IMG/VR virus record: IMGVR_UViG_3300020213_000017
Strand: one strand, 5' to 3'
DNA: 64,000 bases
Source: an uncultured virus (IMG/VR IMGVR_UViG_3300020213_000017)
Lineage: Duplodnaviria; Heunggongvirae; Uroviricota; Caudoviricetes
Part shown: positions 10,202 through 21,006 of the stretch, one piece after another
How positions within the stretch are numbered: position 1 is the first letter of the stretch
How the letters are laid out: every line of letters begins with the position of its first letter
Notes under the pieces: generated by a model
What the model saw: only the letters and a program-made list of their open reading frames with translations
Told to the model about the DNA's origin: nothing
The model's database searches: none
Program-made: the position numbers and the translations under genes

Positions 10202-11017
10202 CTATTTGACGCCCTCTAGAAACTTAGGGAGTGGGTTTTCTGGGTTATTGAAATACTGAGCAAGCAAATTCCCAAAATCACCGAATTTATTGACCATTTT
10301 AACCTTGAATTTTTTAATCACGAATTTGGTCAAAAAGCCTCGGCTTTCACAAGCAGTGACCATGTGGAAACGTAAGATCCAAGAATCGTGCGAGCTCTTG
10401 TCGCCAACCGTAAGTATGTAAAAAGACCAGTACAACCAATGAATTGGGTTGATGGCCTTGCCAGCAGCTAGCTTCATGGTGGCGGTTACATCAAAACGTC
10501 TTCCTAGCCAAGAGGATACGTGGAATTTTCCATAGTTACGGTTATTCCATACCCAGTTCACTTTTCCAAATTTCAAGATCTTCAGAGCGGTAAAGGCCAG
10601 TTTGTTCAGTTTTGCTTTTTTTGGATCTGTCTCGGATTCGTCAATTCCGTCACAGCGGACGTTTTTTCCATACTCAAGCACTTGCTGGGTCCATTCTGGC
10701 TTATCCAATATCATCGCAAGCGTTAGGAGGCCAAGATAATCGTCATGAGCCTGATAATCGAGCTCCTTAGCAACAGAACGGTCAATCAGGCCAGGTGCGT
10801 CAAAGCAAAGTGATACGGCTTCTATTAATCGGTTACGTTCTTTCTCAGTCAACAAGCCTTTGATTTTTAGACCAAGAGCATAATGGGCAGTGTAAAGGGT
10901 TCCATTGCCAGATACACCGTCGTTTTTACGATCAGAGTTCAGGCCGTATTCGTCTACCCAATTTTGAAATTCTGGCAAAAGTACGGTGTTTACCTGATTT
11001 AACTGATAATTAGGCAT
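10202..11017 (-). CDS. Hypothetical protein (~270 aa)
   Basis: Long ORF with GGAG SD and the AATCTTA motif upstream; no function recognised. Confidence 0.75.
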   Translation of the reverse strand: MPNYQLNQVNTVLLPEFQNWVDEYGLNSDRKNDGVSGNGTLYTAHYALGLKIKGLLTEKERNRLIEAVSLCFDAPGLIDRSVAKELDYQAHDDYLGLLTLAMILDKPEWTQQVLEYGKNVRCDGIDESETDPKKAKLNKLAFTALKILKFGKVNWVWNNRNYGKFHVSSWLGRRFDVTATMKLAAGKAINPIHWLYWSFYILTVGDKSSHDSWILRFHMVTACESRGFLTKFVIKKFKVKMVNKFGDFGNLLAQYFNNPENPLPKFLEGVK

Positions 11018-11058
11018 AATCACTCCTGTTTCTAAGATTGTGATGGAAGGGTTCAGCC

Positions 11059-11087
11059 TTGACTAACAGCCAACTATAGGCTACTAT
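11059..11087 (+). promoter_or_regulatory. Sigma70-like promoter
   Basis: TTGACT-N17-TACTAT, then AGGAG SD before ATG 11105. Confidence 0.7.
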
Positions 11088-11104
11088 TTAAATAGGAGAA
11101 AAGC

Positions 11105-11524
11105 ATGGTTTATGAAAATATTATCACATTGGCAGCTCAAAAAATAGGCGTACCGATCTCTCTTTTAATGGCAATCTGCTCACATGAGAGCGGTCTTAAG
11201 AACGTTGTGGTGCCAAATGACGGTGGCAGCCCAAGTTATGGAATTTGCCAGGTAAAATCCGATACCGCAAAAATGTTCGGATATGAGGGTACTGAAAAAG
11301 AACTGATGACCCCTAAAAACAATGTCGCCGCAGCAGCAAAATATTTAAAATACCAGCTAGACCGATATGATCAGAATTGGTGCAAGGCATCTGCAGCCTA
11401 CAATTCGGGAACTTATTTTCCTAGCAAGAAAAACCTTGGCAAACCTACAAATCACGCGTATATCAAAAAGGTGCGCAAATATCTTGAAGAAGAACTACAT
11501 GAACATTTAGAGTGTAATGAATGA
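11105..11524 (+). CDS. Lytic transglycosylase (SLT domain)
   Basis: AICSHES (catalytic Glu), YGICQV, AAKYL and AAYNSG motifs. Confidence 0.9.
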   Translation: MVYENIITLAAQKIGVPISLLMAICSHESGLKNVVVPNDGGSPSYGICQVKSDTAKMFGYEGTEKELMTPKNNVAAAAKYLKYQLDRYDQNWCKASAAYNSGTYFPSKKNLGKPTNHAYIKKVRKYLEEELHEHLECNE

Positions 11525-12159
11525 GCAATCATCGAAAAAACATATTTATAACTTCGGATTGGCATGTAGGACATGCTAACGTATTGATTTATGACAAAAG
11601 ACCTTTCGAAGATCTAAACCACATGCACAGAGTGCTGGTAAATAATTACAACGCATCAGTGCGCGATGGAGATGTTTGCTATTTTCTTGGCGACATGGGT
11701 ATGGGCAGTGGAGATGTTCTCAAAAAAGTGATTGAACGGCTTAACGGCACCAAAGTTTTGATCCTGGGTAATCATGACAAGAACACCTATTCAATGTACG
11801 GTGTGGGTTTTGACGTAGTTCTTAATACTGCTGTGATATACCTTGGAGATAAACGTATTTCCATGAGTCACTGTCCGCTTCCTGGGATCTTTCGAGAAGA
11901 CGTTGCGAATATGAAAGGTGCCAAAGAAAACGAAAACTGGCATGGCGAGCATAAGAATCAACGATTTACTTCTCAAGATCTTACGGTAGACTTCCACCTT
12001 CACGGGCATATTCATTCCGATGGCAAAACTAAGCCGCGATCTACTGATCGTCAATACGACGTGGGCGTTAGAGCAAATGCGTATAAGCCCGTAAGCTTGA
12101 GCCTAATAGAATCTTGGATAGCAAACGAACAAATCAAGGCAAAACACGGAAACAAATAA
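11521..12159 (+). CDS. Calcineurin-like metallophosphoesterase
   Basis: SDWHVGH, LGD, GNHD, SHCP and HGHIH motifs. Confidence 0.9.
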   Translation: MSNHRKNIFITSDWHVGHANVLIYDKRPFEDLNHMHRVLVNNYNASVRDGDVCYFLGDMGMGSGDVLKKVIERLNGTKVLILGNHDKNTYSMYGVGFDVVLNTAVIYLGDKRISMSHCPLPGIFREDVANMKGAKENENWHGEHKNQRFTSQDLTVDFHLHGHIHSDGKTKPRSTDRQYDVGVRANAYKPVSLSLIESWIANEQIKAKHGNK

Positions 12160-12365
12160 TGGTAATCGTAATCCTAAAAGACGGATATGTATTCGGATTT
12201 GAGATGGACGGCTTTGACAAAGAAGAAATGCTAGTAGAGCATTTTAATAACAAAAACCTGTCAAAAACTACCGTTCTTGATTTAAAGAGTAAGGGTCAGT
12301 TTAAGGTTGGCGATATCCAGGGAATGGAATTTCAACCCGTTCGTGCGATCAAAAGAAAAAGCTAA
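12159..12365 (+). CDS. Hypothetical protein
   Basis: ATG overlaps the TAA of the phosphoesterase (TAATG coupling). Confidence 0.55.
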   Translation: MVIVILKDGYVFGFEMDGFDKEEMLVEHFNNKNLSKTTVLDLKSKGQFKVGDIQGMEFQPVRAIKRKS

Positions 12366-12372
12366 AAAAGTC

Positions 12373-12801
12373 TTAAGAAGATCTGTCTAGTGCAAATAGT
12401 GGGATCTGGCCGACGAAACTAAAGTTAAGCTTATAAGTACCCCTCACCGCAGCGGTATGGCCTTCGTTAGACACCTTGCAATTGGGAATAAAAATAATAT
12501 CTTCTCCAGTTGACCTGTCTTGTACGCGAAGGGATATGTACGGTGCGGCGGCAGCATCCTGAAACAAAGGGCGAAGCTCTTGCGCCTGCAGTCCACCGCT
12601 TTGCCTAACACGTAAACCACTCACGTTACCGCTTACTGAAATTCTGTTAGCGCAAATTTCTTGAGCATACATGGAATCAATACCATAAATAGCGGTTTCG
12701 TCGTAATCGACGGTAAAAGAAACGCTTTGAGCAACTTTATACAGCTTGTTGTTTAGGTATAATTTTATATGTGCCCCAGCTAGAATTATTGGTGCAGCCA
12801 T
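12373..12801 (-). CDS. Tail tube-like / tube-initiator protein
   Basis: ~142-aa beta-rich protein (AQSVSFTVDY..IYGIDS...SVSGNV...NFSFVG) directly after the baseplate genes. Confidence 0.55.
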   Translation of the reverse strand: MAAPIILAGAHIKLYLNNKLYKVAQSVSFTVDYDETAIYGIDSMYAQEICANRISVSGNVSGLRVRQSGGLQAQELRPLFQDAAAAPYISLRVQDRSTGEDIIFIPNCKVSNEGHTAAVRGTYKLNFSFVGQIPLFALDRSS

Positions 12802-14420
12802 TATTCCCCCCAAATTTGGGGGTTTTCGCTATATTGCGTACCCCACTTGCCGAGCCCAATATCTGATGGATACAGTACGGTAAAGATAATAGTGATACCA
12901 GTTGCAGCCACGCTCTTGATCAGATCCTGAGCGTAAATACGTCCTGCTACTACATCGGTAATATAAAATGGGTAATCATAACCATCACTGCTGATATCAG
13001 AAGCGGTCTTCTGAGAAACCAAGGCAACGTCTGTTCCGTTTGGGTGAAACTTTTTAACGTTGTAGGCAGGACTGATCAACAGTGTGGTAGAAGAAGGACG
13101 GGCAATGTAAGGTACAGGGCCTTCTTGGTGGCTAGTGCCGTACCCTAAGATTAAATTTCCTTGTTCGTCTGGGAACGCAGAGGCATTTGCTACACTAACA
13201 ACTCTGGAAACAGATCCGTCTAAATCCTGAGTTAACAATGTTCCAATATGGCTTACGGTGAAAGGCTGGGTTAGATCATAGGCATAAGGGCCTTCCTGAT
13301 TGGGAAGCAAAGAAACGGGATCAGAAGGATCGTGCAAGTGAGAAGAACCTCTACGGTCGCGACGTACCACCTTGGTAGCAGCAGGTAAAAATACCTGTAA
13401 GACCTTAGACTGTGTTTGATATGCGGCAGCATAGGAGAGTAAAGAAGAAAGGGTTTTCTTCACGGCCCTGAAGAACAAAACAGCATCATTGATTCCTTGA
13501 ACCACAATTCCAGTTGTACCCAAAGGATTGAAAACCTCAAAATACTGCACACCAACTGCGCCTCCGCGTGAGGCAATAATTGTATAGCTGCCTTCGTTTG
13601 CAGAAGCGGAAAACCCGCCGCCGAATACGTTCACATAATCGTTTGGAGTAACCTTGCCCAGCTGTGGATTGGCTCCACCAGTCCATGTAAAGCGAATGTT
13701 ACCGCCTGGCTGGAGGGATAGGGTCCATTGAGTAGACATGTTTCCACCAGCTGCCACAGTAGAATCAAAAAGAAGCTCATTCTGAGCGCGACCGCCTTTA
13801 ATGGTTACGGAAGACGCTGGACCAATAGTATCAGAAAAGATTTGGGTATAGGGGCCATTACCATCGTCTTTTGCAACAGCAGTGCCAGTAAGACCGGCTG
13901 AGCGCAGCTCTTTGGTAATAGCATCTGCTACTTCCTGGGCTGAAGCCGCTGCTATGTTTTGAAATTCACCAGTGTTAAAAGTGATAATAGCATCGGTTTT
14001 TTCATCAAAATTGATCAGAAAAGTATCGCCATCTTGAAGATTGTACGGCGCAAATGCACGAGCAGAGGAACTTGCGCGAACAAATTCATCTCCAAAAATG
14101 GCACTCAAGAGATTGTTTATCAGATCACGAATCTGTTTACGGTTCTTTACTTCAATACCGATTTGCCGGAATACTTCGTCTGAAAGACCTACGGCGGGTG
14201 GACGAGAAATGTTAGCATCTGCCAAGCGCTCATCCAGATAACGACCTGAGGCCGTGGCGATATAAAGTTGGTCATTTACTGCGCGAACGTTGTTGATCAA
14301 GTGGGCAGCATTGCCTACAGCCAAGGCGTCGAGGACAGCATCTACACTTTTGCCCTTAATAGCAGGGTTTAAATATGAGCGCAGTCTTTTGTACTGTTCT
14401 TCTGGAGTTGTTATTGCCAT
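12801..14420 (-). CDS. Baseplate wedge-associated protein
   Basis: 'TASGRYLD...D..FR' segment typical of wedge proteins; directly downstream of the baseplate J-like gene. Confidence 0.65.
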   Translation of the reverse strand: MAITTPEEQYKRLRSYLNPAIKGKSVDAVLDALAVGNAAHLINNVRAVNDQLYIATASGRYLDERLADANISRPPAVGLSDEVFRQIGIEVKNRKQIRDLINNLLSAIFGDEFVRASSSARAFAPYNLQDGDTFLINFDEKTDAIITFNTGEFQNIAAASAQEVADAITKELRSAGLTGTAVAKDDGNGPYTQIFSDTIGPASSVTIKGGRAQNELLFDSTVAAGGNMSTQWTLSLQPGGNIRFTWTGGANPQLGKVTPNDYVNVFGGGFSASANEGSYTIIASRGGAVGVQYFEVFNPLGTTGIVVQGINDAVLFFRAVKKTLSSLLSYAAAYQTQSKVLQVFLPAATKVVRRDRRGSSHLHDPSDPVSLLPNQEGPYAYDLTQPFTVSHIGTLLTQDLDGSVSRVVSVANASAFPDEQGNLILGYGTSHQEGPVPYIARPSSTTLLISPAYNVKKFHPNGTDVALVSQKTASDISSDGYDYPFYITDVVAGRIYAQDLIKSVAATGITIIFTVLYPSDIGLGKWGTQYSENPQIWGE

Positions 14421-14423
14421 TTG

Positions 14424-17400
14424 TTAAGTTCCAATCTGAGACACGCCAATATCTAGTCCTGGATCGAGGATTCTGGCTTTTTCGCCTGGAGCAATGAAGA
14501 TAATATCGTGAGTAGAATCGTATTGCGGGCTGCTGATAGCTACTGAAACTACGCCTGGAACTGCTTTCACAACACTAACGATAGAGCTAAAGTCGATAGG
14601 AACACCAATTTTATTAGAGTTGATAAGAGAGCTTACGTTAGTTCTTACCTGTTCTGCAAGCTGAGCAAAAGGGGCTCCGGTGGCAATTCTAATATTGATA
14701 GAAACTTGAATTCGTCGGTCGAGAGGTTCGCGAACAAATATCTCGGCACCAGCTGCACCAGAACCTGGATACGTAGTGGAATCTCTAGGGTCACCGTAGA
14801 CAATTCTATTGGCCTCACCGATTAGACCTGTATCGTATCTATAACTGTCCAGGCCTTTCTTTATAAGGGTGTTAAAATCCATCTTGTTAACAGAAATCAG
14901 TTGTACGCCAGCTGCTTCGTTGATCTTAGAAGACTGGGCATTCGTGTCGAATACGATTTGTGTACGTTGAGGAGCGCCAGCTTGAGCAGAAACCAGAAGT
15001 ACGTGTTTGTAACCAAAATAGAATGCAGCTTCTTCTACGAAGACCGAAGACTCTCTGTTGTTCAGACTTGCATTGTCTACATTTGCCATGGTGCCAATAA
15101 CGACTGCAGTATTGCGATCTATAACCTCATCAATCACCCAAGACCCTGCGTTCGAAAGGGTCAGAGTGTCTCCAGTAGCAACAACCTTATCGCCAAAAAC
15201 CGAAGCTTCGATTTCAAGGAATTGCATCTGAGGTCTGTGGTCTTCCAGAACACTTCCAATAACGAATACCGCAGCTTCGTTTACGGCAGAAGGATTTGTT
15301 GCTTCAAGAAATGAACGCTTACCAGCTTGTACCAAAGCAGCAGTGAAAGGGGCCGGAACGTTGAAGTTAGACGCTGCAGTGGTTTCTTGGAAACCGCTAG
15401 TCGTAGAAGTAACTTCATTGTTTAGAGAAGTTGCTGAAATATCTGAAGTTCCAGTGATAGCTAAGGCAGTTTTTGCGGCTACCTGTGCAGAGCTATCGCC
15501 GCTGAGAATTGCTGCCAGCACTGGTGTTAGACCGCCTGGGGCTGGATCTGAGTTAGAACCGTTTATGTTAAACCATACATAGTATTGATTCACGTCACCG
15601 GCAGAGTTCAATAGGAAATACTTGCCTGGGCCACCAATAGTAAATTGAGCACCAGTAGGCATCACAAATCTTTCAATTTGTTGTTTCTTAGCGCCAGCAG
15701 AGATGACCATGAAATTGCCCTGGTTGGCAACGGCAAAGTCTGTTCCAAAACGTACCACGTCGCCTACTTTGGCATTTCCAAGACTTGGCTCAAGCCCTAC
15801 GCCATTCCAATTTAAATATTGAGTATGATTGGTAGCGTTTACCTTGAAAGAAGTCGTTGCATCAAAGCCCAAACTGATCAGATTTGCAGGAAGGGTAACT
15901 TCTTCTTCAACTACATTAGGGTTTTCAATCCAGATACTATCGTCATATCTGCGAATTACGAGAAACTTGCCCTGGTTAAGTACAGCAAAAGGATTGCTCA
16001 TGATTAGAGTGTCACCTTCAGATACTTCAGTAGAAGCTGAGAAATCAGAGGCGTTAAAGGATTGACCTACGATGGAAGCGCCTGATACGGTTACAACCAG
16101 TGTGCCAGAATACGCCAAAGCCAAAGTAGAACTGGGAGCGTTTGCGGTTACAGTGACAACAAGACCGTTAACAGTACTGTTTGCGCCTGGAACGGTGCCA
16201 ATTACAGCCGATAGATTAGCAGCAGTATCAGCGGCAGTAGCGCCAATTGCAAAATTGGTACCGGCGATTAAATTCGTAATACCGATTGTAAACTGGTCAC
16301 CTGCAGTGGAATTGGCAGAAAACGTGAAGGTTCCAGACGAGAATTCGTTTACAGAAGCAGAATTTAAAACTCGTAGGGTTTTACCGTTACTGGATACTCC
16401 GGTTACAAGGAATGTACCGTTGTTATCTGGATCAGGCATGTTGGCAACAGTAACCAAGTCTCCGATGGACAGGCCATTAAAGTTGGCATTGCCAGTTAAA
16501 ACGATATACTCAACGTCATTGCCTCCAGTTACTTTAGAAACGTTGAGGGTTCCGCCGCCTGCGTCATTGAAATCTACAGCAGACAGTAGGAAGTCAGGGC
16601 TTGTGCCAACTAGATTCCAGCTGATACAAACCAAATTACCTTGTTTTTCTACACGAAAAGTATTTCCGCGTGATCGAACATGGTGTCTTGGCTTGCCAAA
16701 ATAACGCTGATTGAGCTCTCTATTGTTAAACATAACAGTGGATTTGCCAGAAGCAGGACTATTCCCAATAATGGTTACACCGCTGTTAGAAGAAAGAAGC
16801 GTTTCTTTGCGTTGTTTTACGGTTGCTTCAAGTCGGAACCACTGATCTGAATGAACGCCCTGAGCAGATACGCGATCAGCAGAAACGCTCATTACAGTGT
16901 TGTTTAAACGGGTAGCAATATCTAGAACGGGAACTTCGTATTTGTTAGCTAAGCCGCCAATAATTTGCACAGCACCCTTGCTTCCAAGGATTTGTGTTGC
17001 TAGTTCTAGTCTGGAAGCACGTTCGGTTGTGCCGATTGTGCCTACAGTCGTGAAACCAGTTACTGCCAAAACGGAAAGTAAGCGTTTAACCTGTTCGTGA
17101 GTGGTAGGAACAAGTCTTACCTCCTCTGAACTATTGAAGGCATAGCCTACGTCGCTTGAGAGATCGAGGGGTTTCTTAAAAGTAAACTGAGGGCTTACTG
17201 ACAAATCGTTAGAAGCAATCCAGTTAATACCATCTAAAAGACTTACCCTGTCATACGAGAAACCAGAATCTTCGTATGTGCTTTCTACAAAGACGCCTGA
17301 GCCGGAAGTACCGCCATCGTTCACGATAGTAGCGGTGACATAAAGGGCCAGGTCGGTGTCTACATAAGCTTTTACATCGGCTGCAGTCGTAGAAGCAGAC

Positions 17401-20400
17401 GCATAAAACGATATTGCTCCTGGTACGAGAGTGGATTTATTGGATTCGGCTACGGCTGCGGCGGTAGGTCTTTGAACAGAAAAACTAGTGGGAGTAGGTG
17501 TGAACCCTACTTCTGAAGAAATACGGAAAATCCCAATATTAGCTTCATCAAATTCAGTTTGATTGGTAATATTTACATATTCACCGCCCGAAAGGGTTAT
17601 GGAGGGATTGGTACCCAGTCCAGTCCAGGTGTACGTGACTTGGTCTACTCCGGCGATTGGAGTATTTGGGGTAACAGTGATATCCCATTCAGTAGAACCA
17701 TCTACAGCGCTTGCTATTGCGGCACCAGAGGCTAATACGATACGGATATCAACTGAGTTACTTACATCTATATTGCTGGTGACAAGAGCGTTGGGACCGC
17801 CTGGGTAATCGTATCCTACGGTAATTTTTTCACCAGAACGACCCCAGCGTGCTGAGCGATAAAGCAATGCTGTCTCAGGAAGAGCGTGTTTTAATACTTT
17901 TTTTGCCTGCATTAATACTTTGAATTGTTGAAAATCAAAGCCAGGGCCAAAAGAAGATGCAAAGTTTACAACAGGACCGGCATCAACATCATATGCGTTA
18001 AAACTAGAAGGATTGTTGGCAAACGAAGTGTTAGTTACAGCTCTGCGATAGAACGGCATTTCAAAAGATTTAGCGGTAGTGTCGTTGTCCAAGACAACTA
18101 CAGCAGTGTCTGAGAAGCCAAAGTCCAAGGGGTTGGCAATAAAGAAGCGATCATCAATGCGCATTCTGCGAATCAAAGCTTGCTCGGCAATAGTTACTAC
18201 AGGACCGGCAATACTCTTGACCTGTGCGCATTCTCCGTATGGCTGTGAGTCTGGTATTGCGCCATAGGGATGGAGTTCGCAGATCAATTCATTAGGATCG
18301 CGACCGGCAAAAGAAATATTTGAAGTAACCGATGCTGTAAAACTATCTGGAGGATTGGCGGCAGAACCGGCAGCAAACGAAGAATGCACAAAACGAGGCA
18401 GCTGACCCTCACGAGTCCGACTGTCGTAAAAAGCTATAAGAGAATCTTTGCTCGTATTGCTCGTATTTGCAGGTAGATTTAAAAGTTTTCCTTCTAGGTC
18501 GGCGGTTACAACCAGTACATAACCATTGGTGTTTTTTGTCCTAGAGCGCACAACTATATATCTGTCTTCAAGAACAGAGAAAATCAGACTGTTGGTTTGA
18601 TCCTGAAGCTCTTGGGTAATATCATCAAGGGTCTTAGGACCAAGCGTGATACGAAATTTTTGCGGAGCTAAAGTACTGCGAAGGATTACAAAGCCTTCAG
18701 AAAAAAGGATTCCAGATTCGGCTACGGCTGCAGCCCATTCGGCGGCGGTTACAACAATATCTAGCGTGGTGCCGGTCTTGGCATGTACCCGACCTTCTAG
18801 GCGGTTATTTATGTTTAACTCTTCAGACCAAATAATTATGTAGTCACCAACCACAACATTGTCAAATGCGCTTGGGATAGTGGTCACATAACGAACGGTA
18901 TTAGTGGCTGGCTTGGTCACGTCTATAATCGTATTTCCAGCTACACCAGTAACAATGATTTCCCCTGGATTATCAATCAACAGCCAGATATGAGCATCTG
19001 CAGAAAAAGCAACACTTCCACCTGGAATCTCAAGAGATTGGATTCTAGCTTCAGTCTGGGTAGTTCCAGCTTCTAAGACATCTCCAGCAACCAAGGGTAC
19101 AGCCAGTTCTATCTGGGCGGTATTTCTAGAAAGAATAAAATCAGAAGCCTTACCTTGAGCAGAAAGACCTGTTAGAGAACTAAGCATTCCCTTTGTAACT
19201 AACGAAGATGCTCCATCTATGACAACTTCCGCACGATTGTTAGAGCCTAGATTAGAAGTAATTCTCAAACGTTGGCCAACTACAGATACTGTTACTCCAG
19301 TAAGTTTTGCCGTTAGAACTTCTGCCCAGGAGTCTAGAGAGTTCGCAGAAGAAACACTGGTGTAAAGCCCTGTGGCAATAAAGTCGGCATCATAAACAGT
19401 GTAAGTAATAGCGGCAGTTCCATCGACCAAAAGAATGAGTGTGTCACCCGTAACAATGGTTGGCGACCACAAAGACTGCTCCTGCGTAAACACAGAGGCT
19501 GTTTTACCATCTTTGTTTAGGGGTATTTTGTTCTTATAAAGACGTAGGGTTTGGATTTCGTTTTCTGACAAGCCCAGCTGTACAGAAGCGTCGCGCCCAG
19601 AAGTAGTGGGAGTGGAAATTTTTATATTGTCACTGCCTTCTGTTTTAGAGCGGAAAACAACATATAGACCACCGCCTGAAGTGGTAGCCTCAAAACCAAG
19701 TTCGGGGTTAGCATTCACAGAAGCCGTAACTTCATTGGCAGTAACACCACCTGGAGAGCGAAAGTCAGAAGAAGTAAACACATGCTGATAAGTGGTTTCG
19801 CCAACAATTAACGCCAGCGTATCGCCATCGATAATATCAAATGGAGCAGAAAGAGTAGAAATCAAGAATGCTTTGGTTACAGATGTTTGGCGTCCACCGG
19901 TAGATAATTGAAAAAACTGTTCACCACCGATAGCACTATTTACAATTGCTTCAAGCCCTACGCCAGTATTTTTGGCCTCATATCCAGAACCATCGTCAAT
20001 GTAAAGAATAGCGCCGTCTGAATTTGACAATATGTCAGAGCTAACAATAGTGGCATCTTCATCAGAAGGAGCTGCTCCGATTACAGAATTTTTTACAGCA
20101 GTTGCCGTGCCAAGGCCACGAGATTCGATAGCACGTTTGATACGCACTCGAAGCTGATCATCAGTCTCAGAATCCTTGCCGGTAATAAACGGAAGGGTGT
20201 TGGTTACAGCAGCACCGGCAAAAGGAGGGTTTGAAAACTGCTTAATAGCGCCGCGCGGTACGTTTCCGTCAGCTCCAGGTGTCAAAGAAGCAACTTGCAC
20301 ATTGCCAACAGAAACTTCACCATCAAGAATTATAGCAGCAGTGGTTACAGCAAACTGAAGATCAGAACTAGAGCCTACAGCTGGAGAAACAGCGATGGAA

Positions 20401-20969
20401 TTTACAGGAATAGAGCGATTTCCGCCCTGAGCTAAAATTACAGTCTCGCCTACGTTATGGAACTTAGTCGTAGGAACACTGAGATTGATAACGAAAAAAC
20501 TACCAGAAGGCGCAATGGAGACGTAAGGAATTGGCCCTTCAATATTAGGGGTTCCACGACCAATATAGATTGACCCAGTGGCCGTCCAGGCGGTAGTATC
20601 GCTAACCTTGATAGAGGTAGAGCCGATATTTGGAGACATAGCGCCAGCGTATATCTTAGTGGATTTCTTGGTAAAACCAGTATCGGTAACAGTAACCTGA
20701 CCAGTGGCTGGTTTTGCGGTAACAGGAGCTACACGATTCTCGATAGCCAAGCGCTTAAGTGTGTCACCGGTTGCACGATCTACAGAAAAATCACGGAGAA
20801 TCTGAAATACGTCGCCAGATGCGCGAACAGTAGCAAGGGCTACAGTCTCAAAAAAACTGGTTACAGCTGATCCTACGTTAAAATCGTTAATACCCTGCTT
20901 AGTAGCATAGGTTGAGAGCATATCTGCAAGCACTGCTTCATAAGATTTTGGATTTGGCAAGTCACTCAT
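14424..20969 (-). CDS. Giant baseplate wedge protein (baseplate J/gp6-like) with large inserted domains
   Basis: N-terminal DFNVGS, ATG..L..LA, ATGQV, GADGNV, G.D.ETDDQLR.R..A...GT motifs; C-terminal 'IN...IG...S.IV......PGV.SV' baseplate J signature. Confidence 0.85.
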   Translation of the reverse strand: MSDLPNPKSYEAVLADMLSTYATKQGINDFNVGSAVTSFFETVALATVRASGDVFQILRDFSVDRATGDTLKRLAIENRVAPVTAKPATGQVTVTDTGFTKKSTKIYAGAMSPNIGSTSIKVSDTTAWTATGSIYIGRGTPNIEGPIPYVSIAPSGSFFVINLSVPTTKFHNVGETVILAQGGNRSIPVNSIAVSPAVGSSSDLQFAVTTAAIILDGEVSVGNVQVASLTPGADGNVPRGAIKQFSNPPFAGAAVTNTLPFITGKDSETDDQLRVRIKRAIESRGLGTATAVKNSVIGAAPSDEDATIVSSDILSNSDGAILYIDDGSGYEAKNTGVGLEAIVNSAIGGEQFFQLSTGGRQTSVTKAFLISTLSAPFDIIDGDTLALIVGETTYQHVFTSSDFRSPGGVTANEVTASVNANPELGFEATTSGGGLYVVFRSKTEGSDNIKISTPTTSGRDASVQLGLSENEIQTLRLYKNKIPLNKDGKTASVFTQEQSLWSPTIVTGDTLILLVDGTAAITYTVYDADFIATGLYTSVSSANSLDSWAEVLTAKLTGVTVSVVGQRLRITSNLGSNNRAEVVIDGASSLVTKGMLSSLTGLSAQGKASDFILSRNTAQIELAVPLVAGDVLEAGTTQTEARIQSLEIPGGSVAFSADAHIWLLIDNPGEIIVTGVAGNTIIDVTKPATNTVRYVTTIPSAFDNVVVGDYIIIWSEELNINNRLEGRVHAKTGTTLDIVVTAAEWAAAVAESGILFSEGFVILRSTLAPQKFRITLGPKTLDDITQELQDQTNSLIFSVLEDRYIVVRSRTKNTNGYVLVVTADLEGKLLNLPANTSNTSKDSLIAFYDSRTREGQLPRFVHSSFAAGSAANPPDSFTASVTSNISFAGRDPNELICELHPYGAIPDSQPYGECAQVKSIAGPVVTIAEQALIRRMRIDDRFFIANPLDFGFSDTAVVVLDNDTTAKSFEMPFYRRAVTNTSFANNPSSFNAYDVDAGPVVNFASSFGPGFDFQQFKVLMQAKKVLKHALPETALLYRSARWGRSGEKITVGYDYPGGPNALVTSNIDVSNSVDIRIVLASGAAIASAVDGSTEWDITVTPNTPIAGVDQVTYTWTGLGTNPSITLSGGEYVNITNQTEFDEANIGIFRISSEVGFTPTPTSFSVQRPTAAAVAESNKSTLVPGAISFYASASTTAADVKAYVDTDLALYVTATIVNDGGTSGSGVFVESTYEDSGFSYDRVSLLDGINWIASNDLSVSPQFTFKKPLDLSSDVGYAFNSSEEVRLVPTTHEQVKRLLSVLAVTGFTTVGTIGTTERASRLELATQILGSKGAVQIIGGLANKYEVPVLDIATRLNNTVMSVSADRVSAQGVHSDQWFRLEATVKQRKETLLSSNSGVTIIGNSPASGKSTVMFNNRELNQRYFGKPRHHVRSRGNTFRVEKQGNLVCISWNLVGTSPDFLLSAVDFNDAGGGTLNVSKVTGGNDVEYIVLTGNANFNGLSIGDLVTVANMPDPDNNGTFLVTGVSSNGKTLRVLNSASVNEFSSGTFTFSANSTAGDQFTIGITNLIAGTNFAIGATAADTAANLSAVIGTVPGANSTVNGLVVTVTANAPSSTLALAYSGTLVVTVSGASIVGQSFNASDFSASTEVSEGDTLIMSNPFAVLNQGKFLVIRRYDDSIWIENPNVVEEEVTLPANLISLGFDATTSFKVNATNHTQYLNWNGVGLEPSLGNAKVGDVVRFGTDFAVANQGNFMVISAGAKKQQIERFVMPTGAQFTIGGPGKYFLLNSAGDVNQYYVWFNINGSNSDPAPGGLTPVLAAILSGDSSAQVAAKTALAITGTSDISATSLNNEVTSTTSGFQETTAASNFNVPAPFTAALVQAGKRSFLEATNPSAVNEAAVFVIGSVLEDHRPQMQFLEIEASVFGDKVVATGDTLTLSNAGSWVIDEVIDRNTAVVIGTMANVDNASLNNRESSVFVEEAAFYFGYKHVLLVSAQAGAPQRTQIVFDTNAQSSKINEAAGVQLISVNKMDFNTLIKKGLDSYRYDTGLIGEANRIVYGDPRDSTTYPGSGAAGAEIFVREPLDRRIQVSINIRIATGAPFAQLAEQVRTNVSSLINSNKIGVPIDFSSIVSVVKAVPGVVSVAISSPQYDSTHDIIFIAPGEKARILDPGLDIGVSQIGT

Positions 20970-21006
20970 AGTATAAAGATTGTCCTTGTAAGACTTATAT
21001 CATAGC

